DNA from: Vicugna vicugna
Lineage: Eukaryota
Assembly: GCA_013265495.1 (NCBI GenBank)
Contig: MU059176.1
Coordinates: 3,283,720-3,347,719, forward strand
Length of the DNA stretch: 64,000 nt
Reading direction: 5' to 3'
The translations under genes were made by a program, and so were the position numbers. The notes under the pieces were generated by a model, which was not told the DNA's origin, did not search any database, and saw only the letters and a program-made list of their open reading frames with translations. Shown piece by piece: positions 48,960 to 62,625 of the stretch; the first letter of the stretch is position 1; each line of letters begins with the position of its first letter.

Positions 48960-49170
48960 AGAGCCTGGGTCCTGCTGTGCTACTGGCTGTGCAACCTTGG
49001 GCAAGTTTCCTAACCAATCTGTGCCTCGGCTTCTTAATCTGTAAATGAGGTCACAGTAAGGATGCAACGTGTCAGGCCATGAAGAGCGCTCCTAACAGTG
49101 CCTGGTACGCGGTGAGCACACGGGAGACGCGGCTCTCCTATCCCTGTTATCATTTTATGCAAAAGAAGCC
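48960..49170 (+). mobile_element. MIR SINE
   Basis: GCTGTGCAACCTTGGGCAAGTTTCCTAACCAATCTGTGCCTCGGCTTCTTAATCTGTAAATGAGG...CTAACAGTGCCTGGTACGCGGTGAGCAC. Confidence 0.75.
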
Positions 49171-50409
49171 TCGCTTCCTATTCCCGGCTCCCACCTTTGA
49201 TTCTGGCTGGAGCCAGTGTTACCCTTGATGCCAAATCTTGAGTTTTGTGAAAATGCGGCCCTGAGTGCCACAAGGAATGCTGGTGGTGGGAGGGCAATAT
49301 GGTTCCCTACACATGTTTATGAGCATTTAAACAGGCTCAGAAGGACATTAAATGTTAAATGCGCTCAGGTAAACCCATGACATCCCTACTGGGAGAGTGC
49401 CTGCCTGGCATCCACTGCGCATGGGCCTTGGCCTTGCAGGAATGCAGATGCTCAGCCTCCCCACAGCCTGTTCCAGCACATCCAAGATGGGAAAGGAGGC
49501 AGCACAGCAGGGCTTTGGTATACGGTCAACCGGGCAGTGACCTCACAGAGCTCCCAGGCCCCTACCACTTGGATAGACCACACCGTCCATTAGCACGTGC
49601 TGCCAGGAATCTGCCTGCACAGCCTGAGGATGTGGAGTGCCTGGGCCCAGGGAGTTGCCAAGACCTGAGCATCACTCTCCTTCCTCCCTCAGTCCTTTGC
49701 AAAGGGCCCGCGTCAGCATAGGACACAGAGATGTGGGGAACTCAGTCCCTGCCCTCTGGGAGCTCCCAAGCTGCAGGATGCAGGCAGCAGGTGCGGGGTG
49801 GAGACAGAAGCAGCTCTCTGAGAACAGAGGAGGCAGAGCCTGCCAGTCTTCCCTGGGGCCGGCTCAGGACAGGCGCTGCAGTGAGTGAGCGCTCCTGGAG
49901 AGGGCTGAGCGGGGCTGGGCTCCCCAGCATGAGGAGCAGCCTGAGCTGACAGAGGCCTGACGTCTTCCTCATGTCTGGTTCCCGACTGTGGTGCCCAGCA
50001 GGGGCCTGGCACAGTGCTCAAACCTTCAGAGAGGATAGGGCTGGGCATCCCTAGAGGGCAGGGGCTGGTCTGATCTCTGGAGCCCTAGGTGGGACAAGTG
50101 GTGGGCGCTGGCGAGCTGGTGCTGGATGCACGGGTGAGAGTGAGGCCAGTCGTCTCCACGGGCCTGCGCTGCCCTGAGCACGCATAAATCCAAGTGCAAG
50201 GGCCACCAGCTCACAACTTGAAAGTGAGTTCCTCTAGGATGAGGCTTGACTCCTGATCTCCTCTCCAACCTCAGCTGAAGCTCAGGCCTCAGCCAGCACC
50301 CAGCACCCAGCATGCATCAGCAGAGCCAGGCTCAGTGTGCACCCAGGCCCCGACTCTGCTGCTGGCTTGCTGTGGGGCTTGGGTGGGCCTGTTTCCTCAT
50401 CTGTGATAA

Positions 50410-50600
50410 AAAACAATAATAAAGAGCCCACATTTATTGAAATGATCTTTTCAACTCTACTAAGTAGGTACTATGACTATCTCCATTTTACAGACCCGGC
50501 ACAGAGAGGTTAAGTGACTTGCTCAAGGTCACACAGATGATGAGTGCTGGGATCCCAGCCTAGGCTGCCAGGCCCCAGAACCTGTGCTCTAATCATGATG
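50410..50600 (-). mobile_element. MIR SINE
   Basis: CTCCATTTTACAGAC...GGCACAGAGAGGTTAAGTGACTTGCTCAAGGTCACACAG. Confidence 0.8.
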
Positions 50601-52458
50601 TAACAGAGACGACAGGTGTCCTCTGGGCCAGAGGGCCCGTGGGGCTGGGCTCTGACACGTGCAGCCCCTCAAGCCCCCTGCCAGCCTGTCCTGCTTCCTA
50701 CACCTGCAGGGACGACACGACATTCCTTCTCAGTCTGGTGCTTTCCAGCACTACCAGAGATCAGACCACAGCGGGCGTCCAGGGAGGCTTCAGAGCACAG
50801 CTGTACAGGGCGGCTTCCTGGGGCGGGGCGTGGTGGGGAGGGGAGACGGCTCAAACACCTCAAATCCATTGCTGTCGCAACAGCGGTGGCCCAGGATCAA
50901 TGCCAGTGAGAGGAGCCATCCTTCCCCAGGCTGACCAGGAGACTGTTCGCATTAATCTCCTCTGTTCAGAGGGGACACTAGGGCCCCAGAAGCCCCGGGT
51001 CCCTCCCTCCAGAGTGTTTTTCTCAGCTGGTTATTATAAGGCAACTCCTAAGACCCTTACTGAGCGTTTAATCCCTTTTCTAGGTGGAAGGCTACACAGG
51101 AGACCACGCCTGCCTGTGCTCGCGCAGGGATCCAGGGACCAGCCAGGCGCCTGGCACGCGGATGAATGAGACACTGATCTGCAGTCACACAGCTCGGCAG
51201 ACCTTCCAGGGCCCCTTTCCCTCCCTAAATCAATTTTGCTCAGACTGAAAGAAAGAATTCTTCACTCGAAGCGAAAAGTTCATCCAGGAGTCACCTTCTT
51301 GGCGCACAGATATGACATAAGTTTAAGAAAAAAGAGCAGGCGCAGAAGAGGGAGAGCGCGTGAAGGTGCTAGCTGCCCGGCGGCCCGTCCACCCGGTACT
51401 GGAGAGGCCCCCTGGGGCATGTGACCACGGTGGGGCAGCAGTGGCCGGGACTGGTTTGGACTGGCTGCCCGCAGGCTGTGGGGTGGAAGTGGGACTTATC
51501 ACTTGCTGGGCCAGAGGCTTAGTGCGAGGTTAAGCGTGGGCTATGATGGTGCCAGAACCAGCTCCCGGAAGTGCTGAGCAGAGAAAGACGGGCCACGGAG
51601 CTCAGCAGCTCTGGGTCCCCTCCCACCCAGAGCTGGGACAGAGGAACAGCCTGTGTCCCTAAATGAAGCATGAGTTCTAAAGACCTGAAGAAGCTACCTG
51701 TATGAGTTGCCACCCCTAGGGCAGGCCCTGCACTTGGCCCCTTCAAGCATTTCCCCCAACGGAGCTCCGACTCGCCTAGGAGGGATTACTGGTCCCAATT
51801 TATAGACAGGAGGCCCAGAGCGGTAGGAGTAACTGCAGAGGCCACATGACCAGTGGAGATGGAGAAAGGCTGAGGCCCTAAAGCTCCCAACTCCAGCCTG
51901 GCAGATGTACATGCCTTGGGCCAGGGTTTACACTGGCGCCTAGAAGGCGGGGCCACTCGGAGGGGCTGAGCCCCATGGCCTTGCTTCTCGGCCAGGAGCC
52001 TGGTCTGACCCTGGCTGACCTTGCTCAGGCGTCTGGCCCCCTCTAATCAAAACCAGCCCTCATGCTTTCCCCCCACTCAGGGGAGGCTCCAAAGGGCTGA
52101 CAGGCATTAGGAAGAGTCAGATGACATGAGGAATCTGATTTGAGGATCAGAGGCCACTAAGGTACAAAACAAGCTGGGTCTCAGCACCCTGGACACACTC
52201 TGATTTTAAGCTCTAAGAGTCGTCACCATAGTTGACACTCAATCATGGTGCACAGTTGTCATGACAACCGACAGAGGTTCAGGAGGGAGCAGCTTGCCCA
52301 GTCACCCAGGCCCGTGCCCACACACAGGTATTAACGAGTGGTCGGCCCACGTCCTGAGCAGTGCCCTCTTCAGCCTTCCACACAGCCTTCAGGAACCCTG
52401 GAAATGCTGTCACTTGTCCTTTGGCAGGTATCCAAGAAGTTGTCTGCTGGTTTTCAGA

Positions 52459-52513
52459 TTTTTTTTAAACATTTTTTTTATTGAGTTATAGTCCTTTTAC
52501 AATGTTGTGTCAA
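52459..52513 (-). mobile_element. Extremely 5'-truncated camelid-type L1 3' tip (55 nt) with TSD
   Basis: Minus strand TTGACACAACATTGTAAAAGGACTATAACTCAATAAAAAAAATGTTTAAAAAAAA is a typical L1 3' terminus. Flanked by CTGGTTTTCAGA (52447-52458) and CTGTTTTTCAGA (52514-52525). Confidence 0.75.
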
Positions 52514-55291
52514 CTGTTTTTCAGACTGATTCATTTTCCAGATTAAAAAATTGAGAGATTGACACACAATTCCTAATGAGGGAAGGGACTTCTTAGCCAA
52601 TATGCTGGTTAATGTAGACTGAGGTTGAGTTCCCCTCCAATCTGCATTCTGGTTAAACCTAGATTCCTGGCTTCACTTAAAAATCTGGATCTGGCCACCC
52701 AGGGCCTTGGGGTGGGGTAGGGCACGTGGACTCCAGGCTCCACGGCACGACTCATCTGAGGCCCAGCCGCTGCAGCATCCAAGTTCCCCTAGAAGTCCTC
52801 CAGCCCCCTCTCCAACATCAGTTCCCCACCTCTGCTTAGCCAGCTTCCCGTGGCTGCCCCTCGTGAGATCCAAACCCCTGCCTGCATTCCACCAGCCTCT
52901 CAGGGTCTGGGCCCTGCCGAGCTCCCCTCACCCTGGGCTCACTGGGCCTACCATCCCGTCCTGCATTCTGCGTTTCCTGGGAGTCTGGTCCCTTCCCACC
53001 TCAGGGCCTTTACACGCACCCTGCCTGCCCCCGCCCCCGCCTGCCCCGGATTGCTCCGTAGCCACTCTAGCTCATTGCTTGGTTTCAGCTAATGTGTGGC
53101 CTCTTCCAAAGTGACTTGGGTGACTCCTATTTCTGTCTATTCCTCCACCCAATTTCTCTCCTTGCCAGCCTCATCCCGTCATAGCTAGTGGCCTGGGCTG
53201 GAAGCCTGACAGTTACTTCCCTACGTATGGCCTGGGGCAGATCCAGTCACTGGACTGGGCTTCAGCCTCCTCACCTGTCACCAGGTCTTGCCAGGCTGAT
53301 GTGACGGCCATCTCAGAGTAAGCGCATGACCCCAGAGTAGCCACTGTCACTGCCCCCTACAACACTGCATCCCTCTGACCCCCCAGCTCTGGTTTACATT
53401 GAGGCTTGCTTTGTAACATCCTTACTGCAACGAATGCTTACAGCCAAACCAGGACCCGGTGGCAAACAGGACACAGCCGCTGTCTGGCATCACGCTGTTC
53501 TTCCCTTCCTGCCCACCCTCCTTTCACCCAGGGGCACAGCTTCACCTGAAGCCCTGCTCGTGGGAAAGCTGTTCTTCAAAGGCACAGAGCACACACAACC
53601 TGGCTGAAAGGGGCTCAGGCCGCCCTGGCCTCGGGGACTTTACAGCTTGCTCAGAGCAGTGGTCGCCCCGTAAACCCCTCTCCTTAATGAAAGCAGGACC
53701 CCCTTCCTGCCACCAACGCTCACTCTCTTCCCCATAAATCTGCTTTTTATAAAATCCGACTTGGGCCCAGGTTCCTCCTCATGGGCAGCTTGACCCCACA
53801 GCTGGGAGGTCTCACAGGGCGCCGTGGGAGTCTGGACAGCACGCCTGGAGCGGGTGCCCAGGGGCGGCGGAGCTCGGCCTTTCTGTCCTTCTGGAGACAC
53901 GGCAGGGCTGGGGACTAGTGGGCCGCCTTGTCTTTGAGGAAACTGCCTAAGCAAACACTAAGAACTCTGAGGAGTCTAGTAAAGTAGTTCTGCTTCATTA
54001 CCTTGGGTTCTATATTTAAAAAAAATTTTTTCTTTTCTATCTCAGGAACTGTTTTCAAATAAAAATCACGCCCAGGGCCGCCAAATCTCACTCATAATGT
54101 ACACTGGGGACTTTATCCCCAAGACCTGGTCCCACCTGCCAAAGACCCTACTGGGTCCCGTTTTGCAGATGAGGAAGTTGAGGTTCAGCGCAGCAGAGCT
54201 GCCTGAGGAAGGGCTCCCAGCCAGGGAGCGGCAGAGCTGGACTGACACCCGGTCCGGCTGACCAGGAGCCCAGTGCCTGCCCTTCCTATTCCCCGCCTTT
54301 CAGTGTGAACCACTCTCTAGCCTCCTGCTGGTGGCACAGACCAGAGGCGAGGCCCTTACAGGTGGCTTCCGGCACCTCCTCCTGGTCTAGAGTCAGCCAT
54401 GGGGGAGGGGCTCAGGCTGGGCCTGGTCCTTCTTCCACATCTGCTCCCTTGAATGCGCAGACCGGCCAAGCCCCAGGAGCTCAGCGCCACTCTGCTGCAG
54501 CACACGGCCTGCCCCAAGATTCTGGACCTTGCCATGATCTTAGGCAGTATGTGCCTCCACACCTTCCAAAATGCCATTCCCTCTGCCTGGAAGCCCCTCG
54601 CCTCTAAACACTTGGGTCCTGGCTTCTGGCCAGCTGTCCCATTTCACAGCCCTGCTGCTTTGAGCCCTGACTGACCACCACAGCCCTGATACCACCTGCT
54701 GGGCTCAGCTGGAGGCCAGGCTCTGTCCCAGCCTGGGGCTGTTTCCAAGGTTGCCTTAGTACTCCAGCTGGCTGGAGTGTTCCCTGCCCCTCTGCACCGC
54801 CCCAGGCCGGCCCGCCATCCCACCTGGCCCACAGAGGGCAGCAGGCTCCTGACCACAAGGCCCCTCTGCTGGCTGGTGACCCAGCGGACATGCAATAGAC
54901 TGAGAAACCAGCACTTGGCCTGATCAGGCCTCAAGTCCCCCTGGGGGAAGGAGACCATAGAGAATGGAGCCCTGCTCTTTCTGACCACAGCCAGCCCCCA
55001 GCCCAGAAAGGAAAACAGCTTCTCTGGTCACATCTGCCCATTTGTGGCCCCACCTCGCCTCCACATAAAAACACCAGAAACACCAACAGCCCTGGTGTAG
55101 GGGGCGGACGGAGGGAGCTGGGAGGCGTTCCATGCAGCAACACCAATAGCACAAAACAGCCTTTCAAACCACCACCAAAGTTCCCTGCCTTGACCATGAG
55201 GCCCCCAGAATCAAGGTTCTGGAGAGGCGCTTTCAGGGGCCACCCGTTTTCTGGGGGTGGGGTGTGACTGGTGAGCACAGGCAGTACTCAC

Positions 55292-55426
55292 CGTTGGAGC
55301 GGTGGATGCAGGTGTGCTGGTTGTCGCTGAGGAAAAAGCCGCTGTGGCACTGACACTCGTAGCTGCCCATGGCATTGACACAGATCTGCTGGCAGCCACC
55401 ATTGTTGTCCTGACACTCGTCCACAT
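55292..55426 (-). CDS. SCUBE1: SCUBE1 exon 4, calcium-binding EGF-like domain 3 (135 nt)
   Basis: Minus strand: cag|AT GTG GAC GAG...TCC AAC G|gtgagt; encodes (D)[44 protein letters not shown](E); phase 1-1. Confidence 0.97.
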
Positions 55427-55679
55427 CTGTGAGAAGAGGAAGAGAAGGGGAAAGGAGGAGTCACACCTGGAGCTGGAAGGGGGCGTGGTCCGCTCCCCCA
55501 GCTGCGAGGAGGGGGCTCGGCAGGGCAGGCTGCAGGCAGTCCTCCCGAGGTCCTCCCTGGGGTGCTCCGCCACGGCACCTCCCGGGGCCATGCTCAGGGG
55601 TGGGCGGTACCGCGGCTGGAGTCTAGCTAGCCCTGGCCTTCCCGTGTGCCTGGCATGCCTCCAAGCATCTTACCAGCTT

Positions 55680-55830
55680 TAACTCCTCAATTCTCCCAGC
55701 AACCCTCCCTATATGGTAGACCTAGGTATTGGTCCATTTTATAGATGAGTAAACTGAGGTACAGAGAGGCAAAGTCATCTGTCCAAGGTCCTACAGAGGC
55801 AGGACTCAAACCTGGTGGTCTCCCTCCCAA
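55680..55830 (-). mobile_element. MIR SINE
   Basis: CCATTTTATAGATGAGTAAACTGAGGTACAGAGAGGCAAAGTCATCTGTCCAAGGTC. Confidence 0.8.
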
Positions 55831-58800
55831 ATCTGGGCTTTCTCTGACGTCTCGTAACTCTCCCTCTCTAGGAAGACTGTGCAACCTGTACCGTTCACCC
55901 CCAACACTCTGAGCCTTGCCAACTAAACTTCACCATTCCCTTTCTTCAATCACACCTCAGATTTATAACCAGCAGCACAAGAACTCGCAGTTAGGGAGAG
56001 GCTGAAAGCCAGGGCAGCCTGCTTTCTGCCTTGCAAATTGATTTCAAAAGCCCAGAGAAGGGGAGGTTTTTAAAAGGCCCTGACCTCTGGCTGCCAAGCC
56101 TGCTGCAGAAGGCTGCCAAGCGGTCTTTCCCACTCTCCAGGAGAGACAGACCTCAGGGCCGACACTCATTTTTGACCAGAGGCTGCTGGCACAAAGGGTG
56201 CTATTGGCTGAAAAGAGTCTTTATGGAGTTCTGGTCTTGAACAGAACAGCATGTTTCAATTACCGAAGTCATAACCCCCTACACTGTCAGTTTGTTTAAT
56301 GAAAGAAGGGCTTCTTAAACCTTAATGTGCCATGTCTGTATTGTCATTTTAATAGGCAAATATATGAAACCACAAAGGCAACGTGAGCTACTGGCTGCTT
56401 TGAGCCAATCCCGCGACCCCCAACATACACACACAAGCGCACGCACACGCACTCACTTTGGCATTGAGCTTTTTTCTTTTTAACACAGCCATCTTTTAGT
56501 TCTGGAATCAAAAGGGTGTGAGAAGATAAAGAATCAGGCAGTGACCTGCGCTGAGCCGGGAGAGGACTCAGCTCTGGCACTACGTCGGCTGGGTCCTACT
56601 GAGGCCTAGGGACCACAGACACTCCACTACCCACGAGACCACGCAGTTGCCTTTGAGGCCGACGGTGAGGCAGGTCATTACTCTCCCACAAGCTCAAATG
56701 TCAGCTGTGTGGCAGCCAGGAGGGAGGCAGAGCTCTGAACTCTAAAAGCCACCAACAGTTAGAGCTAAAACGGTAAAGGTGGCCCTTGCTGAGAGGAGAT
56801 TGGGAGGGGGTCCTGAGGGAAGCTGGGAAGGCTACAGAAGATTTTTCTGAAAACCTTTCTCCACTCAACAAATCTCACTGATGGTTCCCTAAAGGCCCAG
56901 AGCCAGGGTTGCCTTTGCTGGGGACCCTCCCCTCCACACTCCAGCAGTGTCTGCTGCTGGGGGTCTGCCCCTGCTGGCACTACACCACGAACAGCTCTAA
57001 GCCAGGCACTGTGTCCTGTTCACCCCGTTAATAACAACAGGAAGCTGACCCTCGATGAGTGATCGCTAGGTCAGGCATGGGGCCTCCTCCATCGATTCAC
57101 TCAATTCCAGCAGCAACCTTGAATGATAGGTTGTGTTACCAACTCCATCTTACAGATGAACTTGGACAAAGTCACACAGCTGCTCGGAGCAAGGGCAGGA
57201 CTCAAATCTGCTGTCCAGCCTCCGGGTACATGCCCTTGGTCCCCTGCTAAGCTGGCCACACCAGCAAGCATGTTCAGACTGAGGTGATGAAGAACCAGCT
57301 ATTCCTGAAATGAGCTTGAGCTGGGTGTCACCTTGGATGTGTCTGTGACTCTAGATGCAAACACAAAGCCAGCTCTGCCTGCCATGAGCAACATAAGGAA
57401 ATCCCAGCATACCTGGGTTAGTCCTGTCTGTCCCAGCGACACCCTGGGGAGACACTTATGCCCACGGGCCGGCACACACATAACAATGAGACTTGAACTT
57501 GGGGAGCTGCTCCAGGGACTCAATTCAGACCCCTTTCAAGTCCTGTTCTTTGCTGTTCTTCCCATGGGTCTCAGATTCCTTGCTCTGTACCCCAGCTTCT
57601 CTGGCCCTAGTAAAGGTTCAATTGGTAACACAAACAAAACAGATACAGGCCCTGAATAGTGTGGAAATACTACTTTGACCCCACGAGCTCCCTGGTGCCA
57701 CCCCTCTGGTCTGGCCCACCTCCTCACCTCACTGGAAGCCAGGAACCAAAGGACAATGACGTAACACATCTATGGAGCCTCAGTGAGCTGGCAGAGTGGC
57801 TGGGCCTTGGGACAGAGCTGTTTACACTAGCAGGGAACAATGACTCTCCAACGCTGATGAATAATTTGAAACAAATGCGAAGTCATGTAAACATTTCTTC
57901 TCCCCACTCCCAAATGATAAAGCCCCAAGATTAAGCAGCAGGGAAGAGGGGTTGCCTCCTCTGCACCCTTTTTCCACTGTGGTCCAAACACAGGCCTCCT
58001 GCAAGTTGGACAGGAAATCATAGTCTCAGAATCCCTTTGGGTAGTCCGCGGTCACTACCAACTTCTCTAGGGCTGGATTAAGGGCCAAGGCCCACCTCAT
58101 ACCCCTCCCAACCCTGTGTCCCCAGCCCTCCAAACAGGACCCTCAGTGAGGTCTGAATAGTGACCAAATGGGGCGGCTGAGTCCTCGAGATGGCTGCGCA
58201 CTGGCCTAGGACAGTCTGGGTCCACCTGGAGGCCTTCACCAGGCCCAGCACAGCACGATGGGAAATACTCAGTTCCTTGGCCCTCCGGACGGGGGCAAGC
58301 CCAGCGCACACTGCTCCTTGGCGCCAAGGACTTGGCACAATGCGCTGTGCTCCACGGCAAGGAGAGAGCCTACACCTGGGAGTCAGACACCTTGAGTTCT
58401 GTCCCTGGCCTGTGGCCTGTGGGAGGTGCACGGTCCCATCCACAAGAGGAACTGCAGACTGTGCTCCAGGAAGCCCTCCTGGAATGCTTGAGACACACAC
58501 CTCCTCCTTCTCTCCCGTGGAACTGACTGTTCCATGCACAGACGAGCCCCTATGTGGGGACTGCCCCCCACCCCAGCATCTCCATGGCCATCAAGGATGA
58601 CTGGGCAGGGCTGGCAGCCTTATTTTCATGAATAGTAGCCCTCACTACTGGCCAGGCCCCGGCTGGGGGGCCAAGGCTTTATCTTAACACGTCTGCACAG
58701 CAGCTCCACACCAGGAGCACTGTTCGCATCATCCCAGTTCTCAAATGAGAAACTGACAGGGGAAGAGACTTGCCCAGTGCTATAAGATAGGTGAAAGCAG

Positions 58801-59494
58801 GTTCTGAAGGCCAGCGAGTCTGGATCCAAAGCCCTTACTCCACTCTTCCATGATGTGGCTTCTCTGAATGAGGATGCTTTGAGCCTAATCATGGCGGTGA
58901 GAGTAAGTTCCCTGGGTATTTATGCTTACAAACCTCCCCTCACTCAACACACTGATATCTCCAAAGCCCAGGGCAAAAAGCCCCCTCCTCTCCGAAGTCT
59001 TCCTGGTGCCTGGCAGAATTTGCTGGCTCCTGGCTCCCAGACGAAGCATACTTTTGTTTACAACTTTCTTCCTTTGCCCTGGATCTCAGGCTTGGCCATC
59101 CTGTCTCTGCTCTGGGCTGAGGACAGACCTGAGTCTCCTGCATATCCCTGCACCCAGCAGAGGGTCAGGCTGAGTGGGTGCTCAGGAGTCAGCAGGATAA
59201 ACTGAATGGCACCTGTGTGCTTGCGCACACCCGTGACAGGGACCACCACCATCCAAGGCCAGTCCCCTGGAGCAGGGCGCCATCCTTGTTCCTTCTAGGC
59301 ATGCAGAGGGGGCTCATTCAAGGCTCTCCACAGCCTGCCCAGCTCTCCAGTAGCCCCACTTCCTTCCACTGTTCTCCAAACACACACTGTCAATCACCCG
59401 TGCCTTCATGTGTAAACGTGCACCTCTTCCTGGGACCCACTCTCCCTCCTTGTCCAGACAGGAGTTCTTCCTGCCTCTAAATCCCCCCCAAATT

Positions 59495-59760
59495 TTGTTC
59501 ATTCATTCCCTCTGCTAACACTGAGTACCTACTATGTGTTCCACTCCCCGTGAGCTGCAGGGGCACCTAAGGGTATACCACTGGTTAAGCCCCTGCTCCC
59601 CGAGCCGCCAGCATGTTGGATCCAAGTATGGAGGCGGAAGGCTTCATGGAGGAAGTCATGGGAGCTCAGCCAAGGAGGGTTGGGACATTTGTGATCTGAG
59701 GCTGGAGGATGAGGAAGAGGAATTCTGGAAGCAGAGTCTTGCGGAAGGTACAGAGCAGGG
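59495..59760 (-). mobile_element. L2 LINE 3' end
   Basis: TTCATTCATTCCCTCTGCTAACACTGAGTACCTACTATGTG...AAGGCTTCATGGAGGAAG. Confidence 0.6.
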
Positions 59761-62439
59761 CGTCGGTGGGGCTGCCTGCAGGAGTTCTGGAAGCTTTGTG
59801 GCCTGCATATTCTTTATCAAATAGACTCCACCAGGGCTCTCACAGACCCGGCCCGAACTGGGTCCTCATGGCCCCTCTTCCTACCAGTCCTGCTGGCAGA
59901 GGGGACAGTCCCTGGGGAAGACAGCTATGCAGCCTGACAAGGCCGAGTGTCACGAGCCCCAAGGCCTCGGGCGGAGGCTGCGCCCATGTGCAGCGGAGGC
60001 CCTGGGTGGGGTGCGGGGAGGGCTCTGCCCCTGAATCGTGCTGGCAGTTCTTGGGCCTTCATCATTATTTACGACCACAGGTGACTGTTCCCAGAAGGCA
60101 GGGTGCTCCTCGGCACAGGGACTCAGCTACAAAGCAGAGAGGAGGCCCCGGGGGTTCCAGGGCAGACTCTGGGAGGCTCCTCTCGGGAAACTCGTTTAAT
60201 TGGCAACAGAAGAACTAAAGGACAGAGTGTAGAGAAAGGACCCGAGGCTCCAGCTCTGTGAGGGTTTGGCATGGAGCTCATTGTGGGCTGCCTGGACCAA
60301 CCAGGTCACCCTCTGGAAGGCCCCAGCCTGCAGCCTTCCCGGGAGGACGTTTAGCACACAAACGCATCTTCAGCTGTGCCACCAGGACTGCTGGAGCCTT
60401 AGCCCTTCTGGGTCAGGGTGGGGGTGGCAGGTGGGGGTGCGGGGAAGGGAGGGAAAGTTGAACTGCAGTAGCCCCGCCCTGGGCTCAGCCGGCGGGGCTG
60501 GGAGGCACCCTCTGAATCAGATGGTTCCAGCAAGGTCTGGGGTGAGAGACACAGGGCCTGCGCTCCTCCGAGGCTGCTCCCCAGCCTGGGGCCCCGTGCC
60601 TGGTGCGCAGTGAGCTCTCATTTGTTCAGCAGACAGCTGAGGGAGGATGGAAGGTGGGAGGGAGGGCGAGCGGGAGACAAGGGCGCCAAGGAGGGCAAAG
60701 AGGGACCTCGCTCCAGCTCTGCCCTCCCCGACCCAGCCACCCCAGCCTAAGAAACCCCCTTGTTCTGTCCCCGCCACACTCAAGCAGTCACCAGGGCTGG
60801 TGACTTTCCCTCGTCGCCCTGCCTGTCTTGCCTCCACTCTGGTGGCACAGCCCTGGCATGGGCCCCAGCCTCTCCCTACAAGTGTCTACATGCTCCTCCT
60901 AGGTCTCCCGGCCTCTAGCTTCTTCCTCCCACTCCCAGTGGCCACTGTGATGACGCGAGTCAGAACAGGACACAGCCTCTGGCACCAAAGATCAAGTCCA
61001 AACAAGGTCTGTGGGGTCAGGTGCCCCCACCTCACTCTGCAGTGCCCTGCATGAGCACAGGTCCGGATGCGGGGGTCGGGAGACAGACCTCAGATGTGAC
61101 TTCCGCCCACTTCTGCTCAGTGCGCCCACCACTCCCGGGCACAGGCCGCCCCTACCCCTGCCAGCCGCTGAAAGGTCGTGCCTGGGATGGGCCATGTGCA
61201 GTGATGGACACAGCTGTTTTCCAGCAAGAAGGCGTGTGGAGCCGACACCAGTGCGCCGTGGGGGGTTGCTTCTGAAAGGCGTCTGCACGCTGGGCTGTGG
61301 TTCGCCCGTGAGGTTTGCTTTTCGGCCCAAGGTGCTGGTGGTGTTTGTTTTTATTAATAGCTGGCTACGTGTCCTCCTCTGGACCAGGAATCCAGGTTTG
61401 CAGTTATTTATAATAACTAGAAATTACTTCTGGATCCAGCTTTGGTTGCTTTGAGTTTCCCATGAACACTGCACGATTTGAAACAGAGACTCTGTGTTCT
61501 GCTCGGACCCCACCCATGTTCTCCTGGCTGCCAAGAGCCTACTGTGTGTCAGGCCCTGTGCCCAGATCCAGCATTCCAGCTCCCAACAAGGATTCAGGAA
61601 CACAGGCAGAGGCATCGGCCCATCTCAAAAACCAAACTCAACCTTCAATCCAGAGAACTCCCTCCTGGTTCCTGAGAGCTGAGGCTCCAGCCCTCCCCTG
61701 GCTCCCTTCAGAAGGGAGGCTTAGGCAGAAAGGCCTCTTGGCTATGGAGCGGCTCTTGCAAAATTGCATTTGATGAGTTAAGTGTAAATAAATGAGAACC
61801 AGATGGATTAGATTTCGGGTAAAATACACATGGGTCTTAGAGCTTTGGGGCCTGGGTTCTGCCAGATCCAGGACACTCCCTGACCATCAGAGGAGCTGGC
61901 ACAGCAGGCAGGAGGTGTGACTGGGGTCTCCTGGGACCCGTCTGCCTTGGGGTCTGGGCATCAGCGGGGGCCTTCTCTGGGGCTCCTGACTCCCCAGCAG
62001 GTCAGCTGAGTGTGGAAGACACAGGGTCTCCCATTGCAGCCCTGCTCTGACACCAAGCCCCTCAGGCTGGGCCTGAGTCCAAGCTCAGCGCTGGGAGACG
62101 AGGCACATGAGTGGTGGGGTCAGCTTTCCAGATCCGCACGCCCACTGCTCACACCCAGACCCGAGGAGCCAGCCCAGGGCAGGCCAGAGCTCTGCTGAAG
62201 CTGCTGGTCTTCAGGCTCTGGCCACTGCACCCCTCATCTGGCCCCACGTTCAATCCCAGCTGCTGCCTTGTGGTCCCCCAGTGATGGCTGAGCAGCATGA
62301 GCATCTAAGGACCGGGAGTTCGCTGCCTAACTACAACTGCTGACTGTTCCTCCTTATGACAATCTACATGGCGTCCCCCTGTGACCACTGCCTGTGGGTC
62401 CTGGTTCTTGCCCCTCCAAGTCACATCAGCTGGGGTCCA

Positions 62440-62625
62440 AGATGCAGTAAGTAACACACTGTGTGACCTCTGGCAGGCACTTAACCGTTTTGGGCCTTGG
62501 TTTCCTTCTCTACAAAACAGGGATGATAGTACCTGAAGTTGTTCTGGGAATTAAAGAAAATCATGGAGGTAAAGCACCTAGCACAGTGCCCGGCACAGAG
62601 ACCACCGATAAATGTTAACAACTGT
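62440..62625 (+). mobile_element. MIR SINE
   Basis: CTGTGTGACCTCTGGCAGGCACTTAACC...GGTTTCCTTCTCTACAAAACAGGGATGATAGTACC...AAAGCACCTAGCACAGTGCCCGGCACA. Many further weak MIR relics occur, e.g. near 16100, 17350, 19800, 20200, 23750, 36750, 39500, 40950, 41250, 41750, 46780, 57150 and 58750. Confidence 0.8.
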
